This document shows, piece by piece, positions 1 through 14,633 of a DNA stretch of 64,000 nt. The stretch's first letter is position 1, and the number at the start of each line of letters is the position of its first letter. Source of the DNA: Eledone cirrhosa (Eukaryota); contig OZ024763.1 in NCBI GenBank assembly GCA_964016885.1, positions 12,896,001 to 12,960,000 on the forward strand, in the 5' to 3' direction. The notes below the pieces were generated by a model, which searched no databases, was not told the origin of the DNA, and saw only the letters and a program-made list of their open reading frames with translations. The position numbers and the translations under genes are program-made.

Positions 1-27
1 ATGCATATATATATATATATATACATA

Positions 28-168
<141 letters not shown>

Positions 169-483
169 GTGTCGGTGTGCGTTTAGCTACACACAGACAG
201 AGACACGGCACCCACATACAAATAAGTGCGTCATAAACAACGAAGACAGCAAAGACCCGCCTGCCCACCCCTTACCGTTAAAAACACGCACCTAAAACTA
301 ACATCGACAACAACAAAACGATTTTCTTTTGATGTGTATCGTACACTGGACAGAAATATGGTTTAATGTTCTTATATTATCATTATACCCATCTAGTTCA
401 TTCCACTATGTAGTTTAATTCCTCTTTTCTTACTCATCCTTCCCCAAGGATTATATATATATATACATACACACGCACACACA

Positions 484-539
<56 letters not shown>

Positions 540-626
540 AAACTGAAAAATAAAAATTAAAAGATTATAAAAATATCTAATATATATATATACAAACATA
601 TACATATATATATATAATATATATAT

Positions 627-677
<51 letters not shown>

Positions 678-820
678 TAATATATATATATATATATACA
701 TACATAAATAAATATATATATATTCATATATATCTATATATATATATACATATATATACGTACATATACATATATGTGTGTGTATATATATACATATACA
801 TATATATGTGTGTATATATA

Positions 821-869
<49 letters not shown>

Positions 870-1297
870 ATATATATACATATACATATACATGTATATT
901 TACATATACATGTAATATATACACATAAATATATAGATATACTTATATACACTCACATGCATATACATATATGTACATATAAATAGATTGAAACGCAGAT
1001 ATGGAGAGGAGAGGGGAATGAGGGGGGGGGTGAGATGGAGAGAGAAGAAAGAGAAGAACAACATCAACAGTCTAGAAAAAACCAACAAACAAACTAAAAA
1101 AACAACGAAAAAAAGCAATATTTTAAAATGTCAGTCATATAGGCGAGATTTCAAACGTTATTTGCCATCACTAACTGCTACGTGGCATTCACAATATAAT
1201 ATTGAAAATGGCCGACAAAGAAAAAAATTCGCTTTCTCCAACTGGCATAGTGAAAGTAGCAAAAAATATGAGGAAGAGATATATAGAATATATATAA

Positions 1298-1352
<55 letters not shown>

Positions 1353-1452
1353 AATATATATGTATATATGTGTGTTTTTATATATAAACACACACACATA
1401 TATGTATATATATACATATAAACACACACACACAAATATATATATATAGAGA

Positions 1453-1490
<38 letters not shown>

Positions 1491-1518
1491 TGTGTATATA
1501 TATATATATATAGATGTG

Positions 1519-1571
<53 letters not shown>

Positions 1572-2004
1572 GTATATATATATATACATATATATGTGTG
1601 TGTGTGCATATGAATATATACGTATATGTTTTTATATATACATATAAACACACACATATATATTATATATATATATATATATATATGAACATATAAATAT
1701 TATATATTCATAAGTACACATATATATCATATATATTATATATTCATATCCATATACACACATACATACACATTATTTATATATTAGGCCTTACTTGTTT
1801 ATATATATTTATATATACATATTATTTGTTTATATATATATATCATCTACATATACATATTTGTTGATAACATTATGCATGTATATTGTTGCTATATATA
1901 TTTATATATTTAATTTCTTTCATTTTTATATACATCATTTATCGTATATTTTATAATCTCCATTTTCTTTTATTAACTTTATAGAATATTCGGTTTTGTG
2001 TGAG

Positions 2005-2041
<37 letters not shown>

Positions 2042-2317
2042 CAGTGTGTGTGTGTGTGTGTATATTCAATTTCTTTGCAACTCATTTCCACCCTATCACT
2101 CTCCCTTTATGTGTATATATATTATATATATATATATACACACACATATATATATATGTATATATATACACACACACATATATATATACACGCACACACA
2201 CATACGTGTATATATGTATGTATATATATAAATATGTATGTATATATATATATGTGTATGTACATATATATGTATATATATGTACATATATATGTATATG
2301 TATATATATATATGTAC

Positions 2318-2351
<34 letters not shown>

Positions 2352-2809
2352 ATATGTATATACATATATATGTATATGTATATATATATATGTATGTACA
2401 TATATATGTATGTACATATATATGTATATATATATATGTATGTACATATATATGTATGTACATATATATGTATATATATATATGTATGTACATATATATG
2501 TATATGTATATATATATGTGTGTGTATGTATATGTATATATATATATATGTGTGTGTATGTATATGTATATATATATATATATGTGTGTATGTGTGTATT
2601 TCTCAAACTCCCAGGGTTCTTTCGATAATTCGAAAAAAAATGTATATGCCTACAAACCATACCCGCGGCCGCCACCACCAACATCACAACCACAATCACT
2701 ACTACCACCACCATCATCAACACAAACCACCATTACAACCGAAACCACACACCATTACCGCCACCACCACTACCACAATCAACAACATCACGGCATATCC
2801 ACAAGGACA

Positions 2810-5130
2810 CACCGTTACCACCACCACCACCACCACCACCACCACAACCAAAAACATACACTGTAACCACCACCACCACAACCAAAAACATACACTGTTA
2901 CCACCACCACCACAACCACCAAAAACATACACTGTTACCACCACCACCACCACCACCACCACAATCAAAAACACACAACGTTTCCAACACCACCACCACA
3001 ACCAAAAACACACTGTTACCACCACCACCACAACCAAAAACATACACTGTTACCACCACCACCACAACCAAAAACACACTGTTACCACCACCACCACAAC
3101 CAAAAACATACACTGTAACCACCACCACCACAACCAAAAACATACACAGTTACCACCACCACCACAACCAAAAACATACACTGTAACCACCACCACCACC
3201 ACAACCAAAAACATACACTGTAACCACCACCACCACCACCACCACAACCAAAAACATACACTGTAACCACCACCACCACAACCAAAAACATACACTGTTA
3301 CCACCACCACCACAACCAAAAACATACACTGTAACCACCACCACCACCACAACCAAAAACATACACTGTAACCACCACCACCACCACAACCAAAAACATA
3401 CACTGTAACCACCACCACCACAACCAAAAACATACACTGTTACCACCACCACCACAACCAAAAACATACACTGTTACCACCACCACCACCACCACCACAA
3501 CCAAAAACACACAACGTTTCCAACACCACCACCACAACCAAAAACATACACTTTAACCACCACCACCACAACCAAAAACATACACTGTTACCACCACCAC
3601 CACAACCAAAAACATACACTGTAACCACCACCACCACCACAACCAAAAACATACACTGTAACCACCACCACCACAACCAAAAACATACACTGTTACCACC
3701 ACCACCACAACCAAAAACATACACTGTTACCACCACCACCACCACAACCAAAAACACACAACGTTACCACCACCACCACCACAACCAAAAACACACAACG
3801 TTTCCAACACCACCACCACAACCAAAAACATACACTTTAACCACCACCACCACAACAAAAACATACACTGTTACCACCACCACCACAACCAAAAACATAC
3901 ACTGTAACCACCACCACCACCACAACCAAAAACATACACTGTAACCACCACCACCACAACCAAAAACATACACTGTTACCACCACCACCACCACAACCAA
4001 AAACATACACTGTAACCACCACCACCACCACAACCAAAAACATACACTGTAACCACCACCACCACAACCAAAAACATACACTGTTACCACCACCACCACA
4101 ACCAAAAACATACACTGTTACCACCACCACCACCACAACCAAAAACACACAACGTTTCCAACACCACCACCACAACCAAAAACATACACTTTAACCACCA
4201 CCACCACAACCAAAAACATACACTGTTACCACCACCACCACAACCAAAAATTTACACTGTAACCACCACCACCACAACCAAAAACATACACTGTAACCAC
4301 CACCACCACAACCAAAAACATACACTGTTACCACCACCACCACAACCAAAAACATACACTGTAACCACCACCACCACCACAACCAAAAACACACTGTTAC
4401 CACCACCACCACAACCAAAAACATACACTGTTACCACCACCACCACAACCAAAAACATACACTGTTACCACCACCACCACAACCAAAAACATACACTTTA
4501 ACCACCACCACCACCACAACCAAAAACATACACTGTTACCACCACCACAACAACCAAAAACACACTGTTACCACCACCACCACAACCAAAAACATACTGT
4601 TACCACCACCACCACAACCAAAAACATACACTGTTACCACCACCACCACAACCCAAAACACACTGTTACCACCACCACCACAACCAAAAACATACTGTTA
4701 CCACCACCACCACAACCAAAAACATACACTGTTACCACCACCACCACAACCAAAAACACACTGTTACCACCACCACCACAACCAAAAACATACTGTTACC
4801 ACCACCACCACAACCAAAAACATACACTTTAACCACCACCACCACAACCAAAAACATACACTGTTACCACCACCACCACAACAACAACACTACATATACA
4901 GAAGAGGACAGCCACCACCACCACCACCACCACCACCACCACCACCACCATCACCACCATCAACACCACCATCACCACCACCACCACCACCACCACACTA
5001 CATATACAGAAGAGGACAGCCACCACCACCACCACCACCACCACCACACTACATATACAGAAGAGGACAGCCACCACCACCACCACCACCACCACCACCA
5101 CCACCACAACACTACATATACAGAAGAGGA
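2810..5130. repeat. ~34-37-bp (ACC)n-based minisatellite
   Basis: accaccaccacaaccaaaaacatacactgtW tandem. Confidence 0.95.
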
Positions 5131-5194
5131 CAGCCAGAAATATTATCACCTTCAATGTACACACAACAAACGACAGAGACATCCAAGGAACTTG

Positions 5195-5610
5195 AAGAGA
5201 ACGTTTGGGGGGGGGGAGACGTTCAATGAAGATGAAAGAGAGAGAGGGGGAGGGAGAGAGACGTTCAATGAAGATGAAAGAGAGAGAGAGAGGGAGAGAG
5301 AGAGAGACGTTCAATGAAGGTGAAAGAGAGAGAGAGAGAGATGTTCAATGAAGGTGAAAGAGAGAGAGAGAGAGAGGGAAAGAGAGAGACGTTCAATGAA
5401 GGTGAGAGAGAGGGAGAGAGAGAGATGTTCAATGAAGGTGAAAGAGAGAGAGAGAGAGAGAGACGTTCAGTGAAGGTGAAGGTGAGAGAGAGAGACGTTC
5501 AATGAAGGTGAAAGAGAGAGAGAGAGAGACGTTCAATGAAGGTGAGAGAGAGAGAGAGAGAGAGAGAGACGTTCAATGAAGGTGAAGGTGAGAGAGAGAG
5601 AGAGAGATGT
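5195..5610. repeat. gacgttcaatgaaggtgaaa(ga)n minisatellite
   Basis: Direct inspection. Confidence 0.9.
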
Positions 5611-5686
5611 GAGAGAAAAAAGTAAATATATATATGTATGTGTGTATATATGTATGTGTGTATGTGTGTGTATACATATTTGTGTG

Positions 5687-5717
<31 letters not shown>

Positions 5718-5773
5718 ATATACATGTGTCTGTGTATATATATATATACGTGTGTGTGTATACATATTTGTGT

Positions 5774-5809
<36 letters not shown>

Positions 5810-5916
5810 ATATACATGTGTCTGTGTATATATATATGTGTGTGTGTGTGTATACATATTTGTGTGTATGTATATATATATATATGTATATGTGTGTGTA
5901 TATCCATGTGTGTCTG

Positions 5917-5947
<31 letters not shown>

Positions 5948-6349
5948 ATATATATGTGTGATTGTTTGTGCCTGTGTACCAAAAAAAAACTCCACCAAAA
6001 AAGCAATATCCATACAGACAGACCGACTTATAGAGAGACACACACATACACACATACACACACATATACACATATACAGACACACATACAGACACACAGA
6101 CATACACAGTCATAGAGAGACAAGCATACAGACATATAATGACACACATACACACACGGCGTTATAGAAGGAGCGGGGTATGGAGAAGAAAACACGCGGC
6201 TATTTGTAAAAACTGCACGAATATGTCAATAAAAGAAATGTTAATTTTCCTGTAGTAATGGGAAATATATATATATATGTGTGTGTATGTATGTATGTGT
6301 ATATATATATGTGTGTGTGAGCGTATATATATGTTTGTGTGTGTGAGCG

Positions 6350-6393
<44 letters not shown>

Positions 6394-7166
6394 CGCTCTA
6401 AATATATATTTAATATTTTTTATTATATATCGACATTTTCTATATATATTCATATTTATTCATTACATATCTATATTTCTTATATATATATATATGTGTG
6501 TGTGTGTATATATATATACGTGTGTGTATGAATGTGTGTTTGTATGTTTATGTATATATATCTGTGTTTATGTATATATATATATATATTTATATATATG
6601 TGTGTATTTATATATATATATATATATATGTACGTATATATATGTATTATATAATATATATTTATTAATTCATTCATATATATTTGCGTATTTGCGCGAT
6701 ATATTTACCTATAATATATATTTTTTTTTGCGTTGTTGAAAAAGAAAAATGTCGGCCGCGGTTTTTTTTTCCTCGCCTCTTCTATAATCGCAGGATTTAT
6801 ATAATGTTTCAGTAATACAGCCCGCCTTCCTACCTTTCCACCCACGCCTCACCACAACGAATCGCTATAATTTATGGCTTTCTCCTTTGATTTCCTCAAT
6901 ATTATTATTATTGTTATTATTATTCATTCTTTTCATTTTCTTTGCTGAATTTTAAAAACACATTTCCCTCCCAAACATAATATACACTTATTTATGCATA
7001 AATGAATAGATAATGTTCCAAACGTATATTATATGTGTGCGTATATATATGTATGTATATATGAATGTGTTTGTAAGTGTGTGTGTGTATTTATATATAT
7101 ATATACATATATATATATGAATGTGTTTGCAAGTATATATATATATATGTGAAAATGTGTTTGTAA

Positions 7167-7202
<36 letters not shown>

Positions 7203-7292
7203 GCACACACATTTTGTTGTACACAGACATCAATTTGACATGATATATTTATAAAGATGTATATATATAATATTATATTTTATATTTCCTTT

Positions 7293-7325
<33 letters not shown>

Positions 7326-7541
7326 ATGTATATAAGTAAATATAAAATATAATATTTAAACATATATACAAGTTAGTTTATCTGTCATTTTTTTCTAGTT
7401 TTCTAGCTACAGAAATTTACATCTAATAAATATTACATTAGCTGCTGTGTTTATATAGAAATAAATATATAAATATAATATATATATGCATCTGTGTGTG
7501 TATATATATATTTATATATATATATATAATATGTATTCATA

Positions 7542-7616
<75 letters not shown>

Positions 7617-7765
7617 GTATTCATAAATATCTTATCTACTTTATTTAAATATATAGCTCGCTGCCATATTTGTATAATTCACAATTCATCAAGCGCCTTA
7701 TGAAATCCAATATCTAACTTCTCCTTTATGCCTATGTAAATCTGTGTGTGTGAGTGTACGTACGT

Positions 7766-7805
<40 letters not shown>

Positions 7806-7992
7806 CTGTACGTACGTGCGTGTATATATGTTTGTTGTCTGGGGATGTTTTGTCTTAGAAAACATATCAGCTGGTTGACAACTTCAAGATTAGATACAAC
7901 CAACATATATACTCACTTGAATTAAAGATAATGCTCCGTCTTTATCGCTATATATCAGGAAATTAATGGTCAGTAGAATTGAAAATGTTTTC

Positions 7993-8046
<54 letters not shown>

Positions 8047-8166
8047 CTAGGGCGGGTAAAATTCCCGAGATCCATGGACGAGTTCTCTCCAGCGGTCTCT
8101 GTCCCCCATTATCGCTGCCATGTCCTGCGTCTCCAACAGACCAGTGTCTGTCCTTAGGGCATCAAC

Positions 8167-8345
8167 ATATTGACATATCCTGGAAGGAGATCTTAACGGT
8201 TCAAGTTTTTCCTGGATATGTCAATATTTATAAAACAAACTTTGTATTTTATCTGATGAGTGCGTACCAAAGTTTTGGTACCCTTGCAATATATATAATA
8301 GAATAAATATGGTTTTATAAATATAGTTTCCATTTATTAATATCA
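8167..8345 (+). mobile_element. Decayed copy of the hammerhead element family seen at 47972-48318
   Basis: Shared flanks (atattgacat..., tattttatCTGATGA, tatggttttataaatatagtttccatttattaa); GAAA mutated to GCAA. Confidence 0.7.
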
Positions 8346-8348
8346 TTG

Positions 8349-8405
<57 letters not shown>

Positions 8406-8407
<2 letters not shown>

Positions 8408-8615
8408 AACGAGTAGGACCCCGACGGCTGAGCTCAAGCCGCTTCGACAGCTAATTCTGGACTGGAATTAGACTAATTAGTCCAGAATTAGCCGTCGAAA
8501 CGGCTTGAGCTCACCCGTCGGGGTCCTACTCGTTCCTATTACCCACTCTACTACCCTAAGTATTGAGTACTTTGGTGCGTTATGGTCCATCTGGTTCCTT
8601 ACCACATTTCCTTCG

Positions 8616-8617
<2 letters not shown>
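8406..8617. mobile_element. Family A short (TA)n-embedded, partly palindromic element; other copies 12588-12726, 32811-32975, 37797-37912, 38488-38690, 54063-54257, 62246-62352
   Basis: Near-identical ggaacgagtaggaccccgacgg.../...ggttccttaccacatttccttcgtt at seven loci, all in or next to (TA)n. Confidence 0.9.
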
Positions 8618-8657
<40 letters not shown>

Positions 8658-8850
8658 GGTTAATTATGCTAATTGGGAAAGGAAATGGTATATACTTTAT
8701 CTAATAATTCTAATGACATGATTTATGATATATTGCTCTGATTATTTAATTTATTAATTCTTCATTGAGCCACAACGTGACCGGTTGCCACATATATATC
8801 TGTGACTTTATGTATATGTAAATCTTTATATATATATATATATATATATA

Positions 8851-9155
8851 GGGCGGGTAAAATTCCCGAGATCCATGGACGAGTTCTCTCCAGCCGTCTC
8901 TGTACCTCATCATCGCCACCACGTCCTGCGTCTCCCAGACACCAGTATCAACATATGTCAACCTCGGTCTCCTTCTTCTAGTGTGTCCGTGTAGGGGCTC
9001 CCACAGGAACGTGTCAACTCTGAATGTCGGTCAGCATGTCCAGCTAACCTCAGTCTCCTCTGTGTCACTTTCGAGCTGACTTTTGGGAGGTTGCCGTAAA
9101 ACTCAGAGTTCTTCATCTTCAGTGTATACTGATTAATGTTCAGTTGTCTCTGAGA
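8851..9155 (-). mobile_element. RTE/RTE-X LINE 3' fragment (shorter copy 8049-8160)
   Basis: QRRLRLAGHADRH, TYVDT, MRYRDGWRELV; shared end gggcgggtaaaattcccgagatccatggacgag in both copies. Confidence 0.75.
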
Positions 9156-9604
9156 CAAATATTACCTGCCCCTGCCATCTTTGCTTTTATTTTTCTCATG
9201 ACAGGTTGAACGAATTGGGACCTAGAACCCAACGAAACTTGAGTACCTGTTTATGTCACTGTTGTAATGTCTTCCCACGATGGGACCTGTACACTTTGTT
9301 TTCTCTCTTTCTCTCACCTTTTCCACCTGGCCTTTTGATTAATAAAAGGCCTCGGGCGCACCCGAAATACACCGATGTCCTGTAATTCAGCGCCGAAACA
9401 TCGGCTCAGGAAACATTTACAGCTGACGAAGGAAACTCCTTTCTTCCTTTCTCCTCCTGTTCCGTCCTAACCACCATCCTAAACCTTGTTTTTAGTAACC
9501 ACACAGCTCCTTTCGTTTCATAACTTTTTGTATATATATATATATATATATATAAAATAAAGTTAAATAAAAAGTCAAATGATTAAAATTTAGCTTCGTT
9601 TATT

Positions 9605-9659
9605 ACTGCTATATATATTTCAGTGACAGCCATCTTTGGCTGTGACCTCTTCAGGCAGT
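9605..9659 (-). ncRNA. Minimal type I hammerhead motif (left arm of palindrome)
   Basis: Reverse-complement copy of 9828-9884 with a better-paired stem II. Confidence 0.8.
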
Positions 9660-9827
9660 TTGAATTAGTATGGTATAGACAAGTACATATGTTGTTGAGG
9701 TGTATAATATTGTCAATACTCTGATATGCCCAGTTCCTGGTTGGGTTGTTATTTCACTGAGGAACTGGAATCATATGACTCCAGTTCCTCAGTGAAATAA
9801 CAACTTGTCTATACCACACTAATTCAA

Positions 9828-9884
9828 ACTGCCTGAAGAGGTCACAGCCAAAGATGGCTGCCACTGAAATATATATATAGCAGT
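9828..9884 (+). ncRNA. Minimal type I hammerhead motif (right arm of palindrome)
   Basis: actgc CTGAAGA ggtcacagcca-aaga-tggctgccact GAAA tatatata TA^gcagt AATAAA. Confidence 0.8.
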
Positions 9885-10037
9885 AATAAACGAAGCTAAA
9901 TTTTAATCATTTGACTTTTTATTTAACTTTATTTTACACTACTCCGGAGTAACCAAACCAACCTGCGCACTTCGTCGAGTGCTCCAGCCTGCATACTGAG
10001 GTGTTGGTATACAACCAACATAAACTCAAAATCAAAA

Positions 10038-10081
<44 letters not shown>

Positions 10082-10312
10082 CGTTGGTCAAAGAAGACAT
10101 TCAACCAAAGCCGCCCAAACCGTGGGATCGAACACGGCATCTCAAAGATTGGAGAAGAAACTATAAACCAGTCATTTACATAGTTCTGGGATTAACTTTT
10201 TCGATTATCCTGTTAGTTTAAGGGAGACAAGTTTCACGGGGATTTAGTTCAGTAGGGCCCTAAATGTTGCTATTCATTCGGGCTTGTGATACAATCATCT
10301 ACTTCTCTACAT

Positions 10313-10378
<66 letters not shown>

Positions 10379-10844
10379 ATGTCCCCCAAAAATGTATACA
10401 TACTTCAATAACATTCTAATAAATATGTGCATACATTGTTTTGGACACCCTGTATATATATATATATATATATATATTTGTGCGTGTGCGCATGTGTGTA
10501 TATGTGTATGTATATATGTGTGTGCGTGTGTATGTGTATATGTGTATGTATATATGTGTGTGCGTGTGTATGTGTATGTATATGTGTGCGTGTGTATGTA
10601 TATGTATATATATATGTGTGTATGTGTGTATGTGTATGTATATGTATATATATGTGTGTGTATGTGTGTGTATGTATATGTATGTATTTGTGTGTGTGTG
10701 TATATATGTGTATGTATATGTGTGTGTGTGTATATGTGTATGTATATATGTGTGTGTATATCTGTATGTGTATATATGTGTGTGTGTGTGTGTATATGTG
10801 TATGTGTATATATGTGTGTGTGTGTATATATGTGTATATATATA

Positions 10845-10877
<33 letters not shown>

Positions 10878-10997
10878 ATATGTGTGAGTGGGGATTACGT
10901 GTCTTTTCCGGATGTTTCTCAAAAACCTCCCTTGCTAGACATATAACACAGATGACTGAATATTGAAATAGGATTCTTAAAGAGAGCATATCAACAT

Positions 10998-11830
10998 AGT
11001 GTGGTGGTGGTGTGGTGGTGGTGTGGTGTAGTGTGGTGGTGTGGTGGTGTAGTGTGGTGGTGTGGTGGTGGTGGTGTAGTGTGGTGGTGTGATGGTGTAG
11101 TGTGGTGGTGGTGTAGTGTGGTGGTGTAGTGTGTGGTGTAGTGTGGTGGTGGTGTGGTGGTGGTGTGGTGTAGTGTGGTGGTGTGGTGGTGTAGTGTGGT
11201 GGTGTGGTGGTGGTGGTGTAGTGTGGTGGTGTGATGGTGTAGTGTGGTGGTGGTGTAGTGTGGTGGTGTAGTGTGTGGTGTAGTGTGGTGGTGGTGGTGG
11301 TGTAGTGTGGTGGTGGTGTAGTGTGGTGGTGGTGGTGGTGGTGTAGTGTGTGGTGTAGTGTGGTGTAGTGCGGTGGTGGTGGTCGTGTAGTGTGTGGTGG
11401 TGGTGGTGTAGTGTGGTGTAGTGTGTGGTGTAGTGTGTGGTGGTGGTGTAGTGTGTGGGGTAATGTGGTGGTGGTGGTGGTGTAGTGTGGTGGTGGTGTA
11501 GTGTAGTGGTGTAGTGTGTGGTGGTGGTGTAGTGTAGTGTGGTGGTGGTGTAGTGTAGTGTGGTGGTGGTGTAGTGTGATGGTGTAGTGTGTGGTGTGGT
11601 GGTGGTGCTGGTGGTGTGGTGGTGGTGGTGTGGTGGTGTGATGGTGTGGTGGTGGTGGTGGTGATGTGGTGGTAGTGTCGTGGTGTAGTGTGTTGTGTGG
11701 TGGTGGTGGTGGTGTGGTGTAGTGTAGGTAGTGGTGTGGTGTGTGGTAGTGGTGTGGTGGTGTGGTATGGTGGTGTAGAGTAATTGTGGTGGTGTGGTGT
11801 GTTGTAGCGTGGTACAGTGAGGTGTAGTGT
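10998..11830. repeat. GTG/GTAGT compound repeat
   Basis: Direct inspection. Confidence 0.9.
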
Positions 11831-12305
11831 TATATAATAAGGTGTATAGTATAGTGTGGTATATAATATTTTGTATAGTTTGTACAAGAGTATAATGCAA
11901 AGTGTGTATATATATATAATATACACTAAACATACGCACATACACACAGCCATACATACGCACACATACATACATATGTATGTATGTATATGTATATAGA
12001 TATAGATATATACACACACACATGCATGTATGCATATATATGATTGAATGTATGTATGTATATATATATATATATACGAAAGTATGTATATATACAAACG
12101 AAAGTTTGGAAGAAACGATTGTCAGCAATAAAATGATTTGAACATAGTTTTGATTATTGTGTAATTTATATATATATATATATAATGTGTATATATATAT
12201 ATATATATAATGTATATGTATATATATATATGTATATATATATAATGTACATATATATATATGTATATATATATAATGTACATATATATATATATATATA
12301 TATAA

Positions 12306-12349
<44 letters not shown>

Positions 12350-13329
12350 GTACATATATATATATGTATATATATATAATGTACATCATATATATATATA
12401 TATGTACACTATATATATATATATATGTATATTATATATATATATATATATACATTATATATATATATATATACATTATATATATATATATATATATATG
12501 TACATTATATGTATATATATATGTACATTATATATATATATTATATATATATGTACATTATATATATATATGTACATTATATATATAAACAAAGGAATTG
12601 TGGTAAGGAACCAGATGGACCATAACGCACCGGAGTACTCAATACTTGGGGTAGTAGAGTGGGAAATAGGAAAAAGTATGACCCCGACGGCAGAGCTCAA
12701 GCCGTTTCGACGGCTATTTCTGGACTATATATATATATACATACAACCACATACATACATATATATATATATATACATACAAATATATGTATATATAGCT
12801 ACAGCTCCTCCGCCAAATTCCCCCACTACCGCCACAATTCCCACCACCCCACCACCACAATTCCCCACCCCACCCCCACCACAATCCACCCCACCCCCAC
12901 CACCACAATCCCCCACAACTGTCACAATTCCCACACCACCACCACCACCGTTCCCCCACCACCCACCACCACCACCACAGTTCCCCCACCACCCACCACC
13001 ACCGCCACAGTTCCCCCACCACCACCACCACCACCGTTCCCCCACCACCCACCACCACCACCACAGTTCCCCCACCACCACCGCCACATTTCCCCCACCA
13101 CCAAAGTTCCCCCACCACCACCCACCACCACCACAGTTCCCCCATCACCACCACAGTCCTCCCCACCACCACCACCGCCACATCTCCACATTATCTAGTC
13201 GTACCAATATATTTACGCTCCCTTCTCTGTAACAATCTTATGGAGATAAAGTTTACAAAAAAACGAAACATTAATGGCTTGCTTGATGTAAAGCAGAGTT
13301 TAGTGGAGATGACGACAGCAGCGGCGGCG

Positions 13330-14180
13330 GCAGCAGTTACTGCACCACCACCGGCAACAACAGCAGTTACTACACTACCAACACCACCACCGGCAACAAC
13401 AGCAGTTACTACACTACCACCACTACCACCAACACCACCACCGGCAACAACAGCAGTTACTACACTACCAACACCACCACCGGCAACAACAGCAGTTACT
13501 ACACTACCACCACTACCACCAACACCACCACCGGCAACAACAGCAGTTACTACACTACCAACACCACCACCGGCAACAACAGCAGTTACTACACTACCAC
13601 CAACACCACCACCGGCAACAACAGCAGTTACTACACTACCACCACTACCACCAACACCACCACCGGCAACAACAGCAGTTACTACACTACCAACACCACC
13701 ACCGGCAACATCAGCAGTTACTACACTACCACCACTACCACCAACACCACCACCGGCAACATCAGCAGTTACTACACTACCAACACCACCACCGGCAACA
13801 TCAGCAGTTACTACACTACCAACACCACCACCGGCAACATCAGCAGTTACTACACTACCAACACCACCACCGGCAACAACAGCAGTTACTACACTACCAA
13901 CACCACCACCGGCAACAACAGCAGTTACTACACTACCAACACCACCACCGGCAACAACAACAACAACAACACTACCAACACCACCACCAGTAACACTACC
14001 AACAACACTACCAACACCACCACCAGTAACACTACCAACAACACCACCACCACCACCGGCAACAGTAACACTACCAACAACACCACCACCACCACCACCA
14101 CCACCGGCAACAGTAACACTACCAACAACACCACCAACACCAATACCACCACCAGTAACACTACCAACAACACCACCACC
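13330..14180. repeat. 36/48-bp in-frame minisatellite
   Basis: acaccaccaccggcaacaWcagcagttactacactacca tandem; similar C-rich array at 12810-13180. Confidence 0.93.
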
Positions 14181-14549
14181 ATAAGATGGCCGCCTCTAAA
14201 GAACTCCGTCTTTCTGCCAGTTGTAAAATGTAAGATATAATAAATACAGCAGATAACAAAACATTCCAGAATATATGTGAGATAAACAGTACAAGAAAAC
14301 AGAATAGCTAGAGTATTATAAGGTCTGGTTTGTATATATATATATATTTATATGTGTGTGTGTATGTTGTATAAATAGATATGAAGTATGCTGTGAGCAT
14401 GTGCATACATGTATCTATATATCTATATATGAAAACATATATATACATATATATATATGAGTGAGCGTGTGTGGGTGTGGGTGTGCGCGTGCGTGCGTAT
14501 ATGGAGAGAGAAAGAGCGAGAGATGTTTGCTGTGTGTATGTGAGTATAT

Positions 14550-14633
<84 letters not shown>

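Noticed and set aside
271-300. Possible minus-strand 16-nt exon (ttttag...|gtaagg)
   Set aside because: Only splice-like dinucleotides; no coding or partner-exon support.
10225-10312. Minus-strand GAAAC-tt-GTC with upstream AGATGA
   Set aside because: Core and stems too degenerate to distinguish from chance.
13240-14184. 314-aa Pro/Thr mucin-like ORF
   Set aside because: Almost entirely a triplet-based minisatellite like neighbouring non-coding arrays; no signal peptide or domain.
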